41,752 nucleotides of DNA from Ignavibacteria bacterium (lineage in GTDB: Bacteria > Elusimicrobiota > Endomicrobiia > PHAN01). Of this stretch, positions 18,107-28,540 are shown in pieces. The DNA is taken from assembly GCA_041694835.1 (NCBI GenBank), contig JBGFRZ010000056.1, positions 1-41,752 of the forward strand, given 5' to 3'. The notes beneath the pieces are model-generated. The model saw only the letters and a list, made by a program, of their open reading frames with translations. It had not been told where the DNA came from and did no database searches. Position numbers and translations under genes: made by a program. The number at the start of each line of letters is the position of its first letter. Position 1 is the stretch's first letter.

Positions 18107-18204
18107 AAAACCTCCAATATTAAGGAAAATTACTAATTGCCAAAGGAAAATTATCGCAATCTTCCTTCAATTTTCCTTTTTCCTTTGACAATTTTCCTCC
18201 ACGA

Positions 18205-18282
18205 ATGCCGATAAATCGACAACTACATTGCGGGATACAATCCCGCCGCTACAATTCGTCCCGTATAAAACGGGGCGCTACA
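18205..18282 (-). repeat. Three tandem GTAG-type REP hairpins
   Basis: Each unit ends in CTACA on + (TGTAG on -) next to a GC-rich hairpin. Confidence 0.75.
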
Positions 18283-18321
18283 TTGGTCATCCGTCCTTTA
18301 CTATTGCCTATTCCCTATTGC

Positions 18322-21300
18322 CTATTTTATTATTGCCATCTTGTGCGGTTTGGAATTGAGTTTTTCGCCATCTTTTTCCGCTATAAGGAAATAAACGCCG
18401 CTGGCGCAATCGTTGCCTCTGTCGTTTTTTCCATCCCACTCGATATACCAGTATCTCCCACCAATTTTGTCACCTTCGTCGATTGTTCTGACGAGTTCAC
18501 CAGCAAGATTATAAATATAAAGTTTTATTTTCCCGCCTTTATTCGCAGGTAAAGCATATTTTATGACCGTACCTTTTACCGCCTGATTACTGTTGCTGGT
18601 GACATCTTGAAGCACAACCGATTTTGTTTTTAAGTCAAACGGATTCGGGAAGTTGTAAATAACAAATTCCTTGCCGGCGTAAGCCGCGGCGGTAGCGGGG
18701 TCCTGCGTAAAGACCACAAAGACGCCTTTTTGAGAAGTGGGGGCGGCTCTGTTTATTGCAAAGACGCCGTTTTTAACAGCGGATTTCGGTGCAGGTTTTG
18801 ATTGCGTTGCAGTCGCTAGAGAGTCGGTTTCCAGCGAAATAATCCCGGCAAGTGGGTCAACGGTTACGACGCCTTCGAGCGCCACCCACTTATCGCCGGC
18901 TTCGTTGTATCTGTATATTTTGAGGTCTTTCAATTCCTTGTCGCCGACTTTAGCGCGGTCAAATTTTAGCGCCACATCGAAAGATTTGTTCACCTGGGCT
19001 CTGTCAAGAGATATATCATAGACGTCGCTTGCGACGATATCTGACATCGCTGTCTCTACAAGGCGAGATATCTCGCGGCTTGTTTTTGTTATTTTGATGT
19101 TCGGCAGCGCGGAGAGAAAACCGCCCAGGGGCATAGCCGCCATTTCTTCGGAAGTAAGCGTGCCCGGAGTGAGTTTTAGTTCGGTGTTGTCATCTCGCTC
19201 ATCGTCTATGAGTATTGCACCGCCCTCGGCAAGTTCGTCTGCAACTTCTTTTTTGGCTTTCATGAGTGATTTCTGGCTGAATGTAAGCGTTTCAGTCATA
19301 TATTCATTCATACCATACTGACCCTTAACCCGAAGAGTGTAGTTTTCTTCATTACTGTCTCGCGGGGTTTCAACATCAAGAGCATAAGAGTTCTTAACCC
19401 CTTTTGTAGGAAGCGCCCTGACTTTTTTAGTTTCATCGTAGGTAGCACCGGGAGAATAATAGCACTCAGGGGTTGTGACCAGCGGCCTCGGTGATTCAAT
19501 AATAAACCTGAATATATAAGGATTCTCTGTTCTTTTCATACTGATTTTCAAAGTCGGCGTAGAAGGCTTAATATCAAAATCAATATCCGCCATTGTATTT
19601 GTACTTACATAAACCCGCTTGTAATACACAGGTCTTTCAGGGACAAAGGCATAGACATAGTAAGTGTTGTTCAAAATTATATCGGGGATTAAGTAAGAAC
19701 CGTCATTTTCCGTCTTTAATGTCGTTGCGGGCAGATATTTTGCCGGATTTATGACATTTTCTGTCTCATTGTATGCAACAACTTTTGCCCCGCTATATAC
19801 ATTTTTTTTGCTCCAATCGCTTTCACGGACATATATTTTACCGGAAATTTTTGCTGATGCAGTTTTTAGTTTTATGGTTATTGTTCTGTCCTCTTTACCG
19901 AGCGAAATTTTGTCGCCACCTGTTGCATATCCGACCTTTGTAACATCTATTTTGTAGGCACCCGCCGGAAGACCGGGGACTTCAAATTTTCCGTCTGACC
20001 CAGAAAGGACTTTGTCGGTTATCAAACGATGCGTAAGGATAATGTTCGCTTCACTGAGCGGATTATTGTTTTCGTCCGTGATAAGTCCTGAGATTTTTGC
20101 GCCCATCATCGCATCTTTGTCAAAATCAATATTTAATGTAGTGGTGCCTGTTGAAATTGTAATTATTTTTGTAGCCGGCGGATAATTCTCTGTTTCACAG
20201 ACCAGAACATATTTCCCTGCTGGCAGGTTGTCAATATAATAATGAACATGAGAACGAGCTGCCGTGTCGTCACTGTTTATCATATTGTTTATTGCGTCTA
20301 CATTGCCGGCCATAATTGCAAAAAACCATCTGAGCATGTGTTCTAAAGGCGGTCTTACACCAGAATACCCGCGCCAGTTGCCTTCCATGTCATAGAGCAT
20401 TACCGTCGGGACATAATTTAAAAACTCATTGAAGTTACCTTTTATTTTTTCACCATCTGCTGGACGAAGAATATTTTTGCCTTTAACCCGTCCTGTTATA
20501 ATACCTGAGCCCATAACACCGGCACCCATTTTGATTTGAAAAGTTGCCCCGGGTGCAAGGTCGTCTGGTTTAACATTCACATTTTCTGCCCTGCTTACGA
20601 CTGTCAGGTATTCGTCAGGATTGTTGCGCGGCAGACCACCAAGCTGGGGATCATATGGTTCAACCCCAAACCTTCTTAAGAATACCATATAAAAATTGTA
20701 TTTGCCCGGAAGAAGTTTCTCTGTCTGCCATTGCCTTCTTACAGGGTCAAAACTTAAAGATGGGACCCGAATGTCTTCTAACATTCCCTCATTGTTTATT
20801 AACAACTGTAGCATTGAGCCATTAAGCGAGAGAGCAGACGGAATGACAATTATGCCATAGACTCCAGCACCTTGTGTTGACCTGCTTGTGTAATCAACTT
20901 CTGGTTTATCCGGTGGAATTGGCGCCAGGGGTTCGCACATAATACCATCTTTTACTGTCGCTTCTACAAATGTTACCTGGTCAGCAGAGATACGAACATT
21001 TGAAATTACGGTTGTTGGATAGAGTTCTGTGACACCGCCACCGGAAGATTCTTCTCTTATGTGTATCCATAGGTTATATTTGCCCGGGGGAAGAGATTCA
21101 AAGATAAATTTTGTTGGGTCCTGTGACCAAGTCTCCAACCTCTCCTCTCTTCCAAACTCAACATCAATTCCACGAACGCGAACTTCTGCTTTTGTCCGCC
21201 ATAAGCCGGTGGCAACCGACCTTGCCTGAAAGTAACTGCCATCGGGGAGTTTTATTTTGCCTTCAAGTCGGCCTGCTTTGACCATTTTGATATCTGGCAG

Positions 21301-23235
21301 TTGAAAGATATCGCCCGGAGCATTTAATCTGGCTTCGGTGTTATACCATCTCGCTAGAATCCACTTATCTGACTTTATTTCAACAAAATAAGCCCCTGTT
21401 GATACATTGATTCTGAAATTCATATCATGTCGTGTAGCACTTTTTGTGTATGAAGCAACAAGATGGGCGCTGTCAGCATAAAACACAGTCCCCTGACCCT
21501 TATGTTCTATCCATTCACGAGTATCCGGGTCCATAGGACGGGCGATAATTTTAAACTTGCTTACATCAATAGTTGGTGCATCAAGCGAGAAATAAATCAT
21601 ACCGCTTATACCGGCATTGGTTGAAAGAGGCACATTAAAGTCTATGTTAATATCAGCATTCTCACCAACCAATACAACTCCGGCAGTGCTATAAACAATT
21701 GATTTTATGGTATCAGATGTGATTACAATTCTACGGTCATCAGTCAACCTATAATACTCAGAAGGGAGCGAGCCGGGTCCGTCAGGGTCAAATGCAGTGG
21801 CTGACTTTGAAGATACATGGTCTCCACCGTAGTTATAGACATATCTCCAGTTCCATGGCTGAGCTGGATTTGGAGCACCACCACCTTTCCAGTAAATTGT
21901 TGACCCCTTGCTTAAAGTATTGTGATTAATTTCTAAGTTGTATTGTCCCGGAGCAAGACCTTTAAGTTCATAAGAACCGTCACCCTTTGTAGTTGTGTTG
22001 AACCAGCCACCCTGGTCTGGTTGTTTTGGATATGGGCCAACAAACCAATCCCATTCTGTTTTAAGATGAACCCACGCATCAGGAAGACCTTTGTTGTTTA
22101 GTGTAATCCTGCCTTTTATAGTTCCTGTTGCCTCATCAAGAAAATATTTTGGAAGAAGAACTCTGTTGCCCGCATAATAATAACCTTTGCCGTCAGGGTT
22201 ATCAAATTTTGACTTATAGCCCAATTTTGATATCTGAACCGAATAAGAAGAAATACTGACTGGGCTATGGACAACAAACTTACCAGAAACATCTGTTAAT
22301 GTTCTAAAAAAATTCTGACGTCCATACGTCGGATCCATATCTCTGATTTCTACAGAACAATTTGCAATTGGCTGGCTGGATTTGTTAACAACGATTCCTT
22401 CAAAAGCAATTTTTGAAACATCAACCGTTGTCGTTACATCAGAACGGGTGCCTGAAATAAAACCAAGTCTAACATCTTGAAATGTGTCCTGGTCGTTATA
22501 AATTGCTGTTGAAACAATAACTTCCGCTCCTTCCAGAGTACCTGCCCGCATCACAAAAAGACGATATGTGTTTGCGGGCGCCGGTGGAACATTATATATC
22601 TGTAACCCAAATTTTCCTTCCAAATCCTGACCTATCTTTGGCTGCAATGCAACACTTACAGATTCGTCAGTAAGATGATGTCTTAAATCAAGAAGAAATA
22701 GTGTCCCATCAGTAATCCCCGCAGTAGAAATTTTTATATTTAACACCCCTGCTTTAAAATCCGATGGGGTGGGGTTCATAATGAACGGCGTCCTTGACAA
22801 ATCTATGTTCCCATTAGCGGCAGCTGAATCCGAAAGGGGCGGTGTTGGATAAACAGTATCGGGAGAAAAACTCACACGAGGTATGTTCGGATTGTTGATT
22901 TGCTCTTTTATTGTAGGTAGATATTTTTGTTTAACAAAACCAATTTTATAGGTAATTTTTTTGCCAGAGACAGCATCAGTTGAGGAGATATTGATAAACT
23001 CCGCTTCACCAATTGGTAGTTGACCGGTTCCACCGGTTGATGTCTTGGCAACATACAGATAATCTGATGGTTCTCCACTACCTTCTATAAATCCAACAGC
23101 AAGAACTACCGCATCTGGTAATGCCGCTGTTGGTGAATTAACTTTTACTTTTAGTGTAGCGGAAAACAAACTTACTGAAAAAAGCAAAACAGCAAAGAAT
23201 GCAGCAAATCCTTTTAGAAAAAATGTTTTAACCAT
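18322..23235 (-). CDS. Large secreted protein (~1637 aa): tandem carboxypeptidase-regulatory-like beta-sandwich repeats and a C-terminal FlgD-Ig/T9SS-CTD-like domain
   Basis: Signal peptide after AAGGAGG; repeated I.G.I...G.F...GL.PG.Y units; tail YNFPNPF..IYNLAGELVR..WDGKND.G...ASGVY..KMAIIK. Confidence 0.8.
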   Translation of the reverse strand: MVKTFFLKGFAAFFAVLLFSVSLFSATLKVKVNSPTAALPDAVVLAVGFIEGSGEPSDYLYVAKTSTGGTGQLPIGEAEFINISSTDAVSGKKITYKIGFVKQKYLPTIKEQINNPNIPRVSFSPDTVYPTPPLSDSAAANGNIDLSRTPFIMNPTPSDFKAGVLNIKISTAGITDGTLFLLDLRHHLTDESVSVALQPKIGQDLEGKFGLQIYNVPPAPANTYRLFVMRAGTLEGAEVIVSTAIYNDQDTFQDVRLGFISGTRSDVTTTVDVSKIAFEGIVVNKSSQPIANCSVEIRDMDPTYGRQNFFRTLTDVSGKFVVHSPVSISSYSVQISKLGYKSKFDNPDGKGYYYAGNRVLLPKYFLDEATGTIKGRITLNNKGLPDAWVHLKTEWDWFVGPYPKQPDQGGWFNTTTKGDGSYELKGLAPGQYNLEINHNTLSKGSTIYWKGGGAPNPAQPWNWRYVYNYGGDHVSSKSATAFDPDGPGSLPSEYYRLTDDRRIVITSDTIKSIVYSTAGVVLVGENADINIDFNVPLSTNAGISGMIYFSLDAPTIDVSKFKIIARPMDPDTREWIEHKGQGTVFYADSAHLVASYTKSATRHDMNFRINVSTGAYFVEIKSDKWILARWYNTEARLNAPGDIFQLPDIKMVKAGRLEGKIKLPDGSYFQARSVATGLWRTKAEVRVRGIDVEFGREERLETWSQDPTKFIFESLPPGKYNLWIHIREESSGGGVTELYPTTVISNVRISADQVTFVEATVKDGIMCEPLAPIPPDKPEVDYTSRSTQGAGVYGIIVIPSALSLNGSMLQLLINNEGMLEDIRVPSLSFDPVRRQWQTEKLLPGKYNFYMVFLRRFGVEPYDPQLGGLPRNNPDEYLTVVSRAENVNVKPDDLAPGATFQIKMGAGVMGSGIITGRVKGKNILRPADGEKIKGNFNEFLNYVPTVMLYDMEGNWRGYSGVRPPLEHMLRWFFAIMAGNVDAINNMINSDDTAARSHVHYYIDNLPAGKYVLVCETENYPPATKIITISTGTTTLNIDFDKDAMMGAKISGLITDENNNPLSEANIILTHRLITDKVLSGSDGKFEVPGLPAGAYKIDVTKVGYATGGDKISLGKEDRTITIKLKTASAKISGKIYVRESDWSKKNVYSGAKVVAYNETENVINPAKYLPATTLKTENDGSYLIPDIILNNTYYVYAFVPERPVYYKRVYVSTNTMADIDFDIKPSTPTLKISMKRTENPYIFRFIIESPRPLVTTPECYYSPGATYDETKKVRALPTKGVKNSYALDVETPRDSNEENYTLRVKGQYGMNEYMTETLTFSQKSLMKAKKEVADELAEGGAILIDDERDDNTELKLTPGTLTSEEMAAMPLGGFLSALPNIKITKTSREISRLVETAMSDIVASDVYDISLDRAQVNKSFDVALKFDRAKVGDKELKDLKIYRYNEAGDKWVALEGVVTVDPLAGIISLETDSLATATQSKPAPKSAVKNGVFAINRAAPTSQKGVFVVFTQDPATAAAYAGKEFVIYNFPNPFDLKTKSVVLQDVTSNSNQAVKGTVIKYALPANKGGKIKLYIYNLAGELVRTIDEGDKIGGRYWYIEWDGKNDRGNDCASGVYFLIAEKDGEKLNSKPHKMAIIK

Positions 23236-23353
23236 AACCACCCTCCTTATGAAATCCTTGCCGTGCCTGACGCCAGACAGGCGGATTTCATCCCTGAATG
23301 AACTCTGGGTGCTTCGCAAATTTATTTTATCTCTTTTGTTTTCCACGCTCAAC

Positions 23354-23382
23354 CTTATACAAATTTATCAAAGTGCTGTCAA
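23354..23382 (-). promoter_or_regulatory. sigma70 promoter for the large secreted protein
   Basis: TTGACA, 17 bp spacer, TATAAG. Confidence 0.6.
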
Positions 23383-23440
23383 GTGTTTTCTTGAAATCTC
23401 ACTTTTTCAAGCAATGTCTTCCGTCGGAAAAATCCGAAAT

Positions 23441-23456
23441 TGTGATTTTTGTCACA
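23441..23456. promoter_or_regulatory. CRP/FNR-family binding site
   Basis: TGTGA-TTTTTG-TCACA, a perfect TGTGA-N6-TCACA. Confidence 0.65.
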
Positions 23457-23507
23457 TCCCGGTTTATCTTACCCATTTTCAATGGTCTCATTGTAAAGTT
23501 AAAATTT

Positions 23508-24824
23508 TTACAACTCCCAGTTTATGCCCAGAAAGTAGTTAAAGACAGAGTAGTTGTATTTGTAATTTCCTTCGTATTTCATATTAGAAGACGTCGTTCT
23601 ATAACTTGAAGTAAGTTTCGCCGAAAGCCCCTTAAAGAGCGGATAGTTCAAACTTATTCCCGCCGTCTGCGTCGACTGATGTGTTTTTTCAGACAGATAC
23701 TCGCCGGAAGAATTTTGAGCAAGACGTTCTAAATAAAACCTGTTTGAGAACTCCGTAAAAAGCGAAAGTGCGGTATATGGTTCAAACTCTCCGAGATAGA
23801 AAGTTAAAGATGGAATGAATAAATTTTCGATGAAATTATAATGAGACGGAATATACTTCGTTCTCTTTGCGTCGTAAGAGTTCTGGTTGGAGTAGTGAAA
23901 CCGTATTGAGTCGGCAATCGACATTCTTAATCTCGAAAAAGATAGGTTGTATGAGCCGCCGAGCGTGTTGAGCATATCCGTTCTGAGAGCGTCTGAAAAC
24001 GAACCGTCGTCTTTTACAACTTTCTGGTCCATAAAATTTTTGTATATAAAGTCGTTTGAAATTCTCCAGTGCGACGACTCGGAAATCGCTCTTAACCATG
24101 AGAGTGCGAATGAGATGTTTGAGGTGTCAAGAACATTTTTTCCGGCATTGGTGGAAAGTTCGCGATATGTCGTCGTGTCAAGAGATATTTTAAACGCATC
24201 TTTTGAAATCAGCGACTGATAGTTCGGGTATGTCATTATTGAGTAATCCAGCCCCGCTTTAAGTGAATTTCCGCCGAAAATTTTCTCAAACTCGACACCG
24301 ATGACGGGGCGGGAGTAATCAAACAGCCCTTTTGCCCATCTTTCGTCTTTTGTCTCTTTCAGATATTCGAGTTTATAACCCGCTCTCGCTCCAAACTTTA
24401 ACGTCTCGGAAAATTTTGTGACAAACTTTAAGTTGACATTATGATTCTGGACTTCCTGAGTAATCGTCCCGCCGCCGACAAGTTCCCGGACATCTTTTGT
24501 GCCACGATACGAGCCGATATACATAGGAAGGAGCGCTGTGTCTTTTGAAAAGTTAACTACGGGACAAAGATATAAATCAATATTCCCGCCAAAGGAATTG
24601 TTGTTTTCCAGAAAATACTGACCGCCGCCCAAAAATGCAGAGGCGACAGGCGTTACTTTGACTTCAGAAAATAGAGCGCAAGTGCACAAGAGTATAAGTG
24701 CACAAGAGTATAAGTGCACAAGAGCAGAAGTGCGCAAAGATACAAGAGCTGTGGTTGCCGACCATGGTCGGCACAAGAGGTGCGTAAGTACGGCAGTAAA
24801 ACTAATTTTTTGTAGAGCAACCAT
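23508..24824 (-). CDS. Hypothetical outer-membrane beta-barrel with a repeat-expanded signal peptide
   Basis: Alternating aromatic/hydrophobic beta-strands, C-terminal YFLGINWEL; AGGAGA RBS. Confidence 0.65.
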   Translation of the reverse strand: MVALQKISFTAVLTHLLCRPWSATTALVSLRTSALVHLYSCALILLCTCALFSEVKVTPVASAFLGGGQYFLENNNSFGGNIDLYLCPVVNFSKDTALLPMYIGSYRGTKDVRELVGGGTITQEVQNHNVNLKFVTKFSETLKFGARAGYKLEYLKETKDERWAKGLFDYSRPVIGVEFEKIFGGNSLKAGLDYSIMTYPNYQSLISKDAFKISLDTTTYRELSTNAGKNVLDTSNISFALSWLRAISESSHWRISNDFIYKNFMDQKVVKDDGSFSDALRTDMLNTLGGSYNLSFSRLRMSIADSIRFHYSNQNSYDAKRTKYIPSHYNFIENLFIPSLTFYLGEFEPYTALSLFTEFSNRFYLERLAQNSSGEYLSEKTHQSTQTAGISLNYPLFKGLSAKLTSSYRTTSSNMKYEGNYKYNYSVFNYFLGINWEL

Positions 24825-24849
24825 CTTTTATATCTCCTATGATTATTTT

Positions 24850-25200
24850 AGGACGCAGATTTTCGCAGATTAAATGGATTTTAAAAACATCTGCGTCAAT
24901 CTTACCAAATCTGCGTTTATCTGCGTTCCATTTGTAAATTCCCCTTTACACACCCCTGTCCCCTCTTAATAGAGGGGATGCCCCTTCCCCATTTTCCACT
25001 CTATGAAAGAGTGTTTAGGGGTGTGCCAAGGGAATTAAAGGGGGATTTTATTATCATCCTGCTACACTCACTTCCTCACTTAATCGCTTCATCGCTCCAC
25101 CCACCCGCCTGCGCTCGGGACAATCCTCGCAATGACATCTGCGTTTATCGGAGCCTGTCCCCGAATGTCTTCAGAAGGCTGAAAGCCGACGAAAACTGAC
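24850..25200. repeat. Intergenic mosaic: CGCAGAT/ATCTGCG inverted arrays, nested CCCCT..AGGGG hairpins and a GTCATTGCGAG-type palindrome
   Basis: ggacgcagat..atctgcgttcc at 24851-24929; aaattccccttta..taaagggggatttt; tcctcgcaatgaca. Confidence 0.65.
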
Positions 25201-25212
25201 AACTTCTGCCAC

Positions 25213-26145
25213 TTAAAACTTGGCACCAAAAGAGATGCGGTGGGAGTTGCCTAAATCGCCGAATGGTGCAAACGCATAGTCCAGATGATACTTCTTGTAT
25301 TTTATTCCAAACCCGGCGGTTAATCCCGCCAAACCGGTCAGATTGGTATTGTTAATTCTGAATTTGTAACCCAGGCGGGGACAGAAAATTTCGCCCAATT
25401 TATATTCTCCGCCAACGCCCAACGACATCGTCCCGTCGGCAATCCCTGTGTATAAATCGCTAAGCACTATCAATTTTTCATCTATGAGTTTTTTTGAAAC
25501 GCCAAGACGAACATTCACAGGCAGCGGGTCTTTATTGTCGCTGTCCATATCAGTGCCAATGTTCTGAAGCGACAGTCCCGTATCCAATGTTTCAGATACT
25601 TTGTATATGCCGCCGAAATCAACTGCCAGCCCGGTATTGCTCTTGGCGTGCAAATTTTCACTGAGTACTTTCATTGTTGCACCGATGTTAATTTTCTCTG
25701 TCATTTTTTTACCCCAGGCAACAGATATTGCAAAATTTGACAGGGTCACTTTTTCATACTTAAAATCACCTTCAACCATTCTCTTCTCAAACGGCACGCC
25801 GACATAATTAACCGCCAAACCGAGTGTTCCGAACCTGAATGGTGGATGGACATAACCGATATACGATTTATTGATGTCTTCAAACCACAAAGTATAATTC
25901 GTACTAATTTCACGGGATGAGAGTTTTGCAAGACCCGCAGGGTTAAAATACACCGCATCGACATCGTCAGCAAGAGCGACATAGCATTCGCCCATCGCAA
26001 CCGCACGAGCACCCTGGGCTATTTTAAGAAATGAGTAGCCGGTGGTGCCGGATTTGTTAGAAATACTTGTGGCATAAAGCCAGGAAGCGAAAAGTAAGAA
26101 GTAGAAAGTTGTAACTGTTAAAACCAAAATTAAATACTTTTTCAT
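25213..26145 (-). CDS. PorV/PorQ-family (UPF0164) outer-membrane beta-barrel
   Basis: GTTGYSFLKIAQGARAVAMG, YFNPAGLA, DYAFAPFGDLGNSHRISFGAKF. Confidence 0.85.
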   Translation of the reverse strand: MKKYLILVLTVTTFYFLLFASWLYATSISNKSGTTGYSFLKIAQGARAVAMGECYVALADDVDAVYFNPAGLAKLSSREISTNYTLWFEDINKSYIGYVHPPFRFGTLGLAVNYVGVPFEKRMVEGDFKYEKVTLSNFAISVAWGKKMTEKINIGATMKVLSENLHAKSNTGLAVDFGGIYKVSETLDTGLSLQNIGTDMDSDNKDPLPVNVRLGVSKKLIDEKLIVLSDLYTGIADGTMSLGVGGEYKLGEIFCPRLGYKFRINNTNLTGLAGLTAGFGIKYKKYHLDYAFAPFGDLGNSHRISFGAKF

Positions 26146-26164
26146 AACAGCATCCCCAAAAGTT

Positions 26165-28540
26165 TTATTTTCTATATAGTACAACTTTTGTTCTTGCAGT
26201 ATCCAGATTGGAAGCAAACACTACTATATACACTCCTTCGGCACATTTTTCGCCATGCTTATTTTTGCCGTCCCAAGCGTAATAATAAGCGCTGCCGCCT
26301 TGTAAATTAGTATCGTCAGAAAACTCGTAAACAAGTTCACCGGCTATATTGTAAATGCTCGTTCTTAACGATGTCACGGTTTTGCCTTGTGGAACGATAT
26401 ACTTCAAAACGGTGTAACTATGGGATTTCGCATTAAACGGATTGGGGAACGCATACACTTGTGGTTTGCTGACTGTTAAAGCCAATCCACCGGTAGTTGG
26501 CGTCCAACTAAGTTTATAAAAACCGCGTGACGCACCTGTATACATAGAGCCGATTACAAGGCATCTCGGGGAACCTATGTCTTTTTGCTTAGCGACTATT
26601 GAAAAGGTCAATCCCTTATTGCCGGAAGCCCATACGCCAGACCACGTGCATATATAAATGATGTCACCGAAACATTCTATATCTATTATGCCGCTACCCA
26701 ACTCATCCCGGCCGGTTTCACTAATAATCTGCACTTTATTCCATTTCGTGCCACCATCCTTTGAAACATATACGGGACCCATAGTTCTATCAGATGTTTC
26801 AACGCAGGCGGCATAAATCACGCTCGCTGTGTCAACGACTATTCTATATGGCGCTTTATTTTCAAGTCCTATTCTACTCCAGGAAACTGATATGCCGTCA
26901 TCAACTATCTTCCAGAGTCCACCAAATGCATGTGTCTGCCCCTTCCAGTTAGCAATTTCGCCCAAACCGGCATAAAGAATTGTTGGCTTTTGTGGGTCAA
27001 TCGCAAGCGACTGTACCGACATCCCCTCCAAATTAAGTTGAGTCCATGTTGCGCCGAAATTAGTTGTTTTATAGAGATATTTCCTTGAAGTAGCAGCGAT
27101 GGAATTAACATCGCGAAAACCAGCGTAAGCAATTGCGGGATTATCAGGCCGGTAAACAATTTTGCTTGCCGGCAAATAGCCGTTTGACAGAACTTCGTTC
27201 CAGGTTGTTCCGCCGTCAGTGCTGTTCCACATTTTACCGGCGCCAGCAAGATAAACATAATTGGTCGTCGCCGCGGTTATGACCCCGGCATCAAACTGAA
27301 GTGTCCGGCCATAAGCCATTGATGGGTTGTATATTTCTTTCCATGTCTTACCCGTATCCGTGCTTTTGAAAACCCCCGCACGACCTAATACATATATATT
27401 GCCGCCGGGGTCTTTACAGCCGTTATAAACAACCAATCCGCCAAGACCCATATTTGACACTCGCCAGGTTACCGCTGTATCGGTACTTTTGTAAAATGCG
27501 TTTTCATACCAGTCGGAAAGATACATATTATTAGGATTTATCGGGTCAATTAAAAATGTGTACGACCAGATATGCCTTTTACCGTTTAGTGCACCGGTGG
27601 ATATAGCGACAAAATCACTCCAGGTTGAGCCGGTATTGGAAGAAACGGTCACAAAAAAAGTGCGCTGCAAATAGTATATCCTGTTTCCATCTGGCGTAAC
27701 TGCTAACGCCGTTCCCATAGTAGAACTCGCACCGGATTTGAAAACGAAACTCTGAACATTGTTCGTGCTTATATAAATACCGGCCCAGAAATCACTATTG
27801 CAGGTTGCCACAGCAACCGTGTTTGATGATGATACAACATATCGTGGCGCAGCATCAAAAGTTCTGACGGTTGTCCAGGTGAGTCCACTATCTGCACTTC
27901 TATAAAGCGCTCCATTTGTTACACCACTTTCAAATTTCAGAAACATAGCAGGCTTTTCGTTAGTCGCTGTAACATACATAGTATCATTTATATCCACACA
28001 TAAATCTGTTACCGCTTTCCCGCCGCTTGTAAAACCTGTTTTTGTCCAGGTTACACCTCCATCGGTTGATTTATAAACAACACCGTCTGAAGCAACAAGA
28101 TTGTTTCCCAACAAATAAAAAGTACCTGGATTTTTTTCAGACGCAACTATTTTTACGATATTTGGATTATTGTAAGCTTCAAAACTGCCGACAGCGGTCC
28201 ATGTTTGTCCGTAGTCGGTTGAACGATACAATTTATTGCCGCTGTTGCCCGCGCGGGCAATGACTATGTTGGGCTGTACTGGATGAACTACAAATCTGTC
28301 AGAGCCAATAGAAGTTGTGTCATAAAAATTAGTGGCTTTCCATTTATCACCGCCGTCTTTAGAAATCCAGAAACCGGCATAAGCGCTTCCTGCATACATA
28401 ACTGACGGGCTTGATACGCACAGGGCGATATGGTCTACTTCGCCACCATATATCGGCACTTTCACGAAATTCTGAGCGAAAGAAGTGCTTCCCATTAACA
28501 TCAAAAATAAAATTACGGATAATACTTTTTTCAATTCCAT
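26165..28540 (-). CDS. Secreted BNR/Asp-box beta-propeller protein with a C-terminal FlgD-Ig/T9SS-CTD-like domain
   Basis: Many S.DGG.TW Asp-boxes; tail YAFPNPFN..IYNIAGELV..WDGKN..G...AEGVY..KVVLYRK. Confidence 0.82.
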   Translation of the reverse strand: MELKKVLSVILFLMLMGSTSFAQNFVKVPIYGGEVDHIALCVSSPSVMYAGSAYAGFWISKDGGDKWKATNFYDTTSIGSDRFVVHPVQPNIVIARAGNSGNKLYRSTDYGQTWTAVGSFEAYNNPNIVKIVASEKNPGTFYLLGNNLVASDGVVYKSTDGGVTWTKTGFTSGGKAVTDLCVDINDTMYVTATNEKPAMFLKFESGVTNGALYRSADSGLTWTTVRTFDAAPRYVVSSSNTVAVATCNSDFWAGIYISTNNVQSFVFKSGASSTMGTALAVTPDGNRIYYLQRTFFVTVSSNTGSTWSDFVAISTGALNGKRHIWSYTFLIDPINPNNMYLSDWYENAFYKSTDTAVTWRVSNMGLGGLVVYNGCKDPGGNIYVLGRAGVFKSTDTGKTWKEIYNPSMAYGRTLQFDAGVITAATTNYVYLAGAGKMWNSTDGGTTWNEVLSNGYLPASKIVYRPDNPAIAYAGFRDVNSIAATSRKYLYKTTNFGATWTQLNLEGMSVQSLAIDPQKPTILYAGLGEIANWKGQTHAFGGLWKIVDDGISVSWSRIGLENKAPYRIVVDTASVIYAACVETSDRTMGPVYVSKDGGTKWNKVQIISETGRDELGSGIIDIECFGDIIYICTWSGVWASGNKGLTFSIVAKQKDIGSPRCLVIGSMYTGASRGFYKLSWTPTTGGLALTVSKPQVYAFPNPFNAKSHSYTVLKYIVPQGKTVTSLRTSIYNIAGELVYEFSDDTNLQGGSAYYYAWDGKNKHGEKCAEGVYIVVFASNLDTARTKVVLYRK

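Noticed and set aside
18205-18282. Mini-CRISPR or integron attC array
   Set aside because: The units share only the CTACA end and are hairpins without spacers or cassette ORFs; they fit the REP class better.
23236-23352. Extended N-termini from the ORF track (also for polA, the 25213 porV-like gene, and the BNR, FecR and tupB genes)
   Set aside because: Downstream ATGs have an RBS and/or give canonical family or signal-peptide starts.
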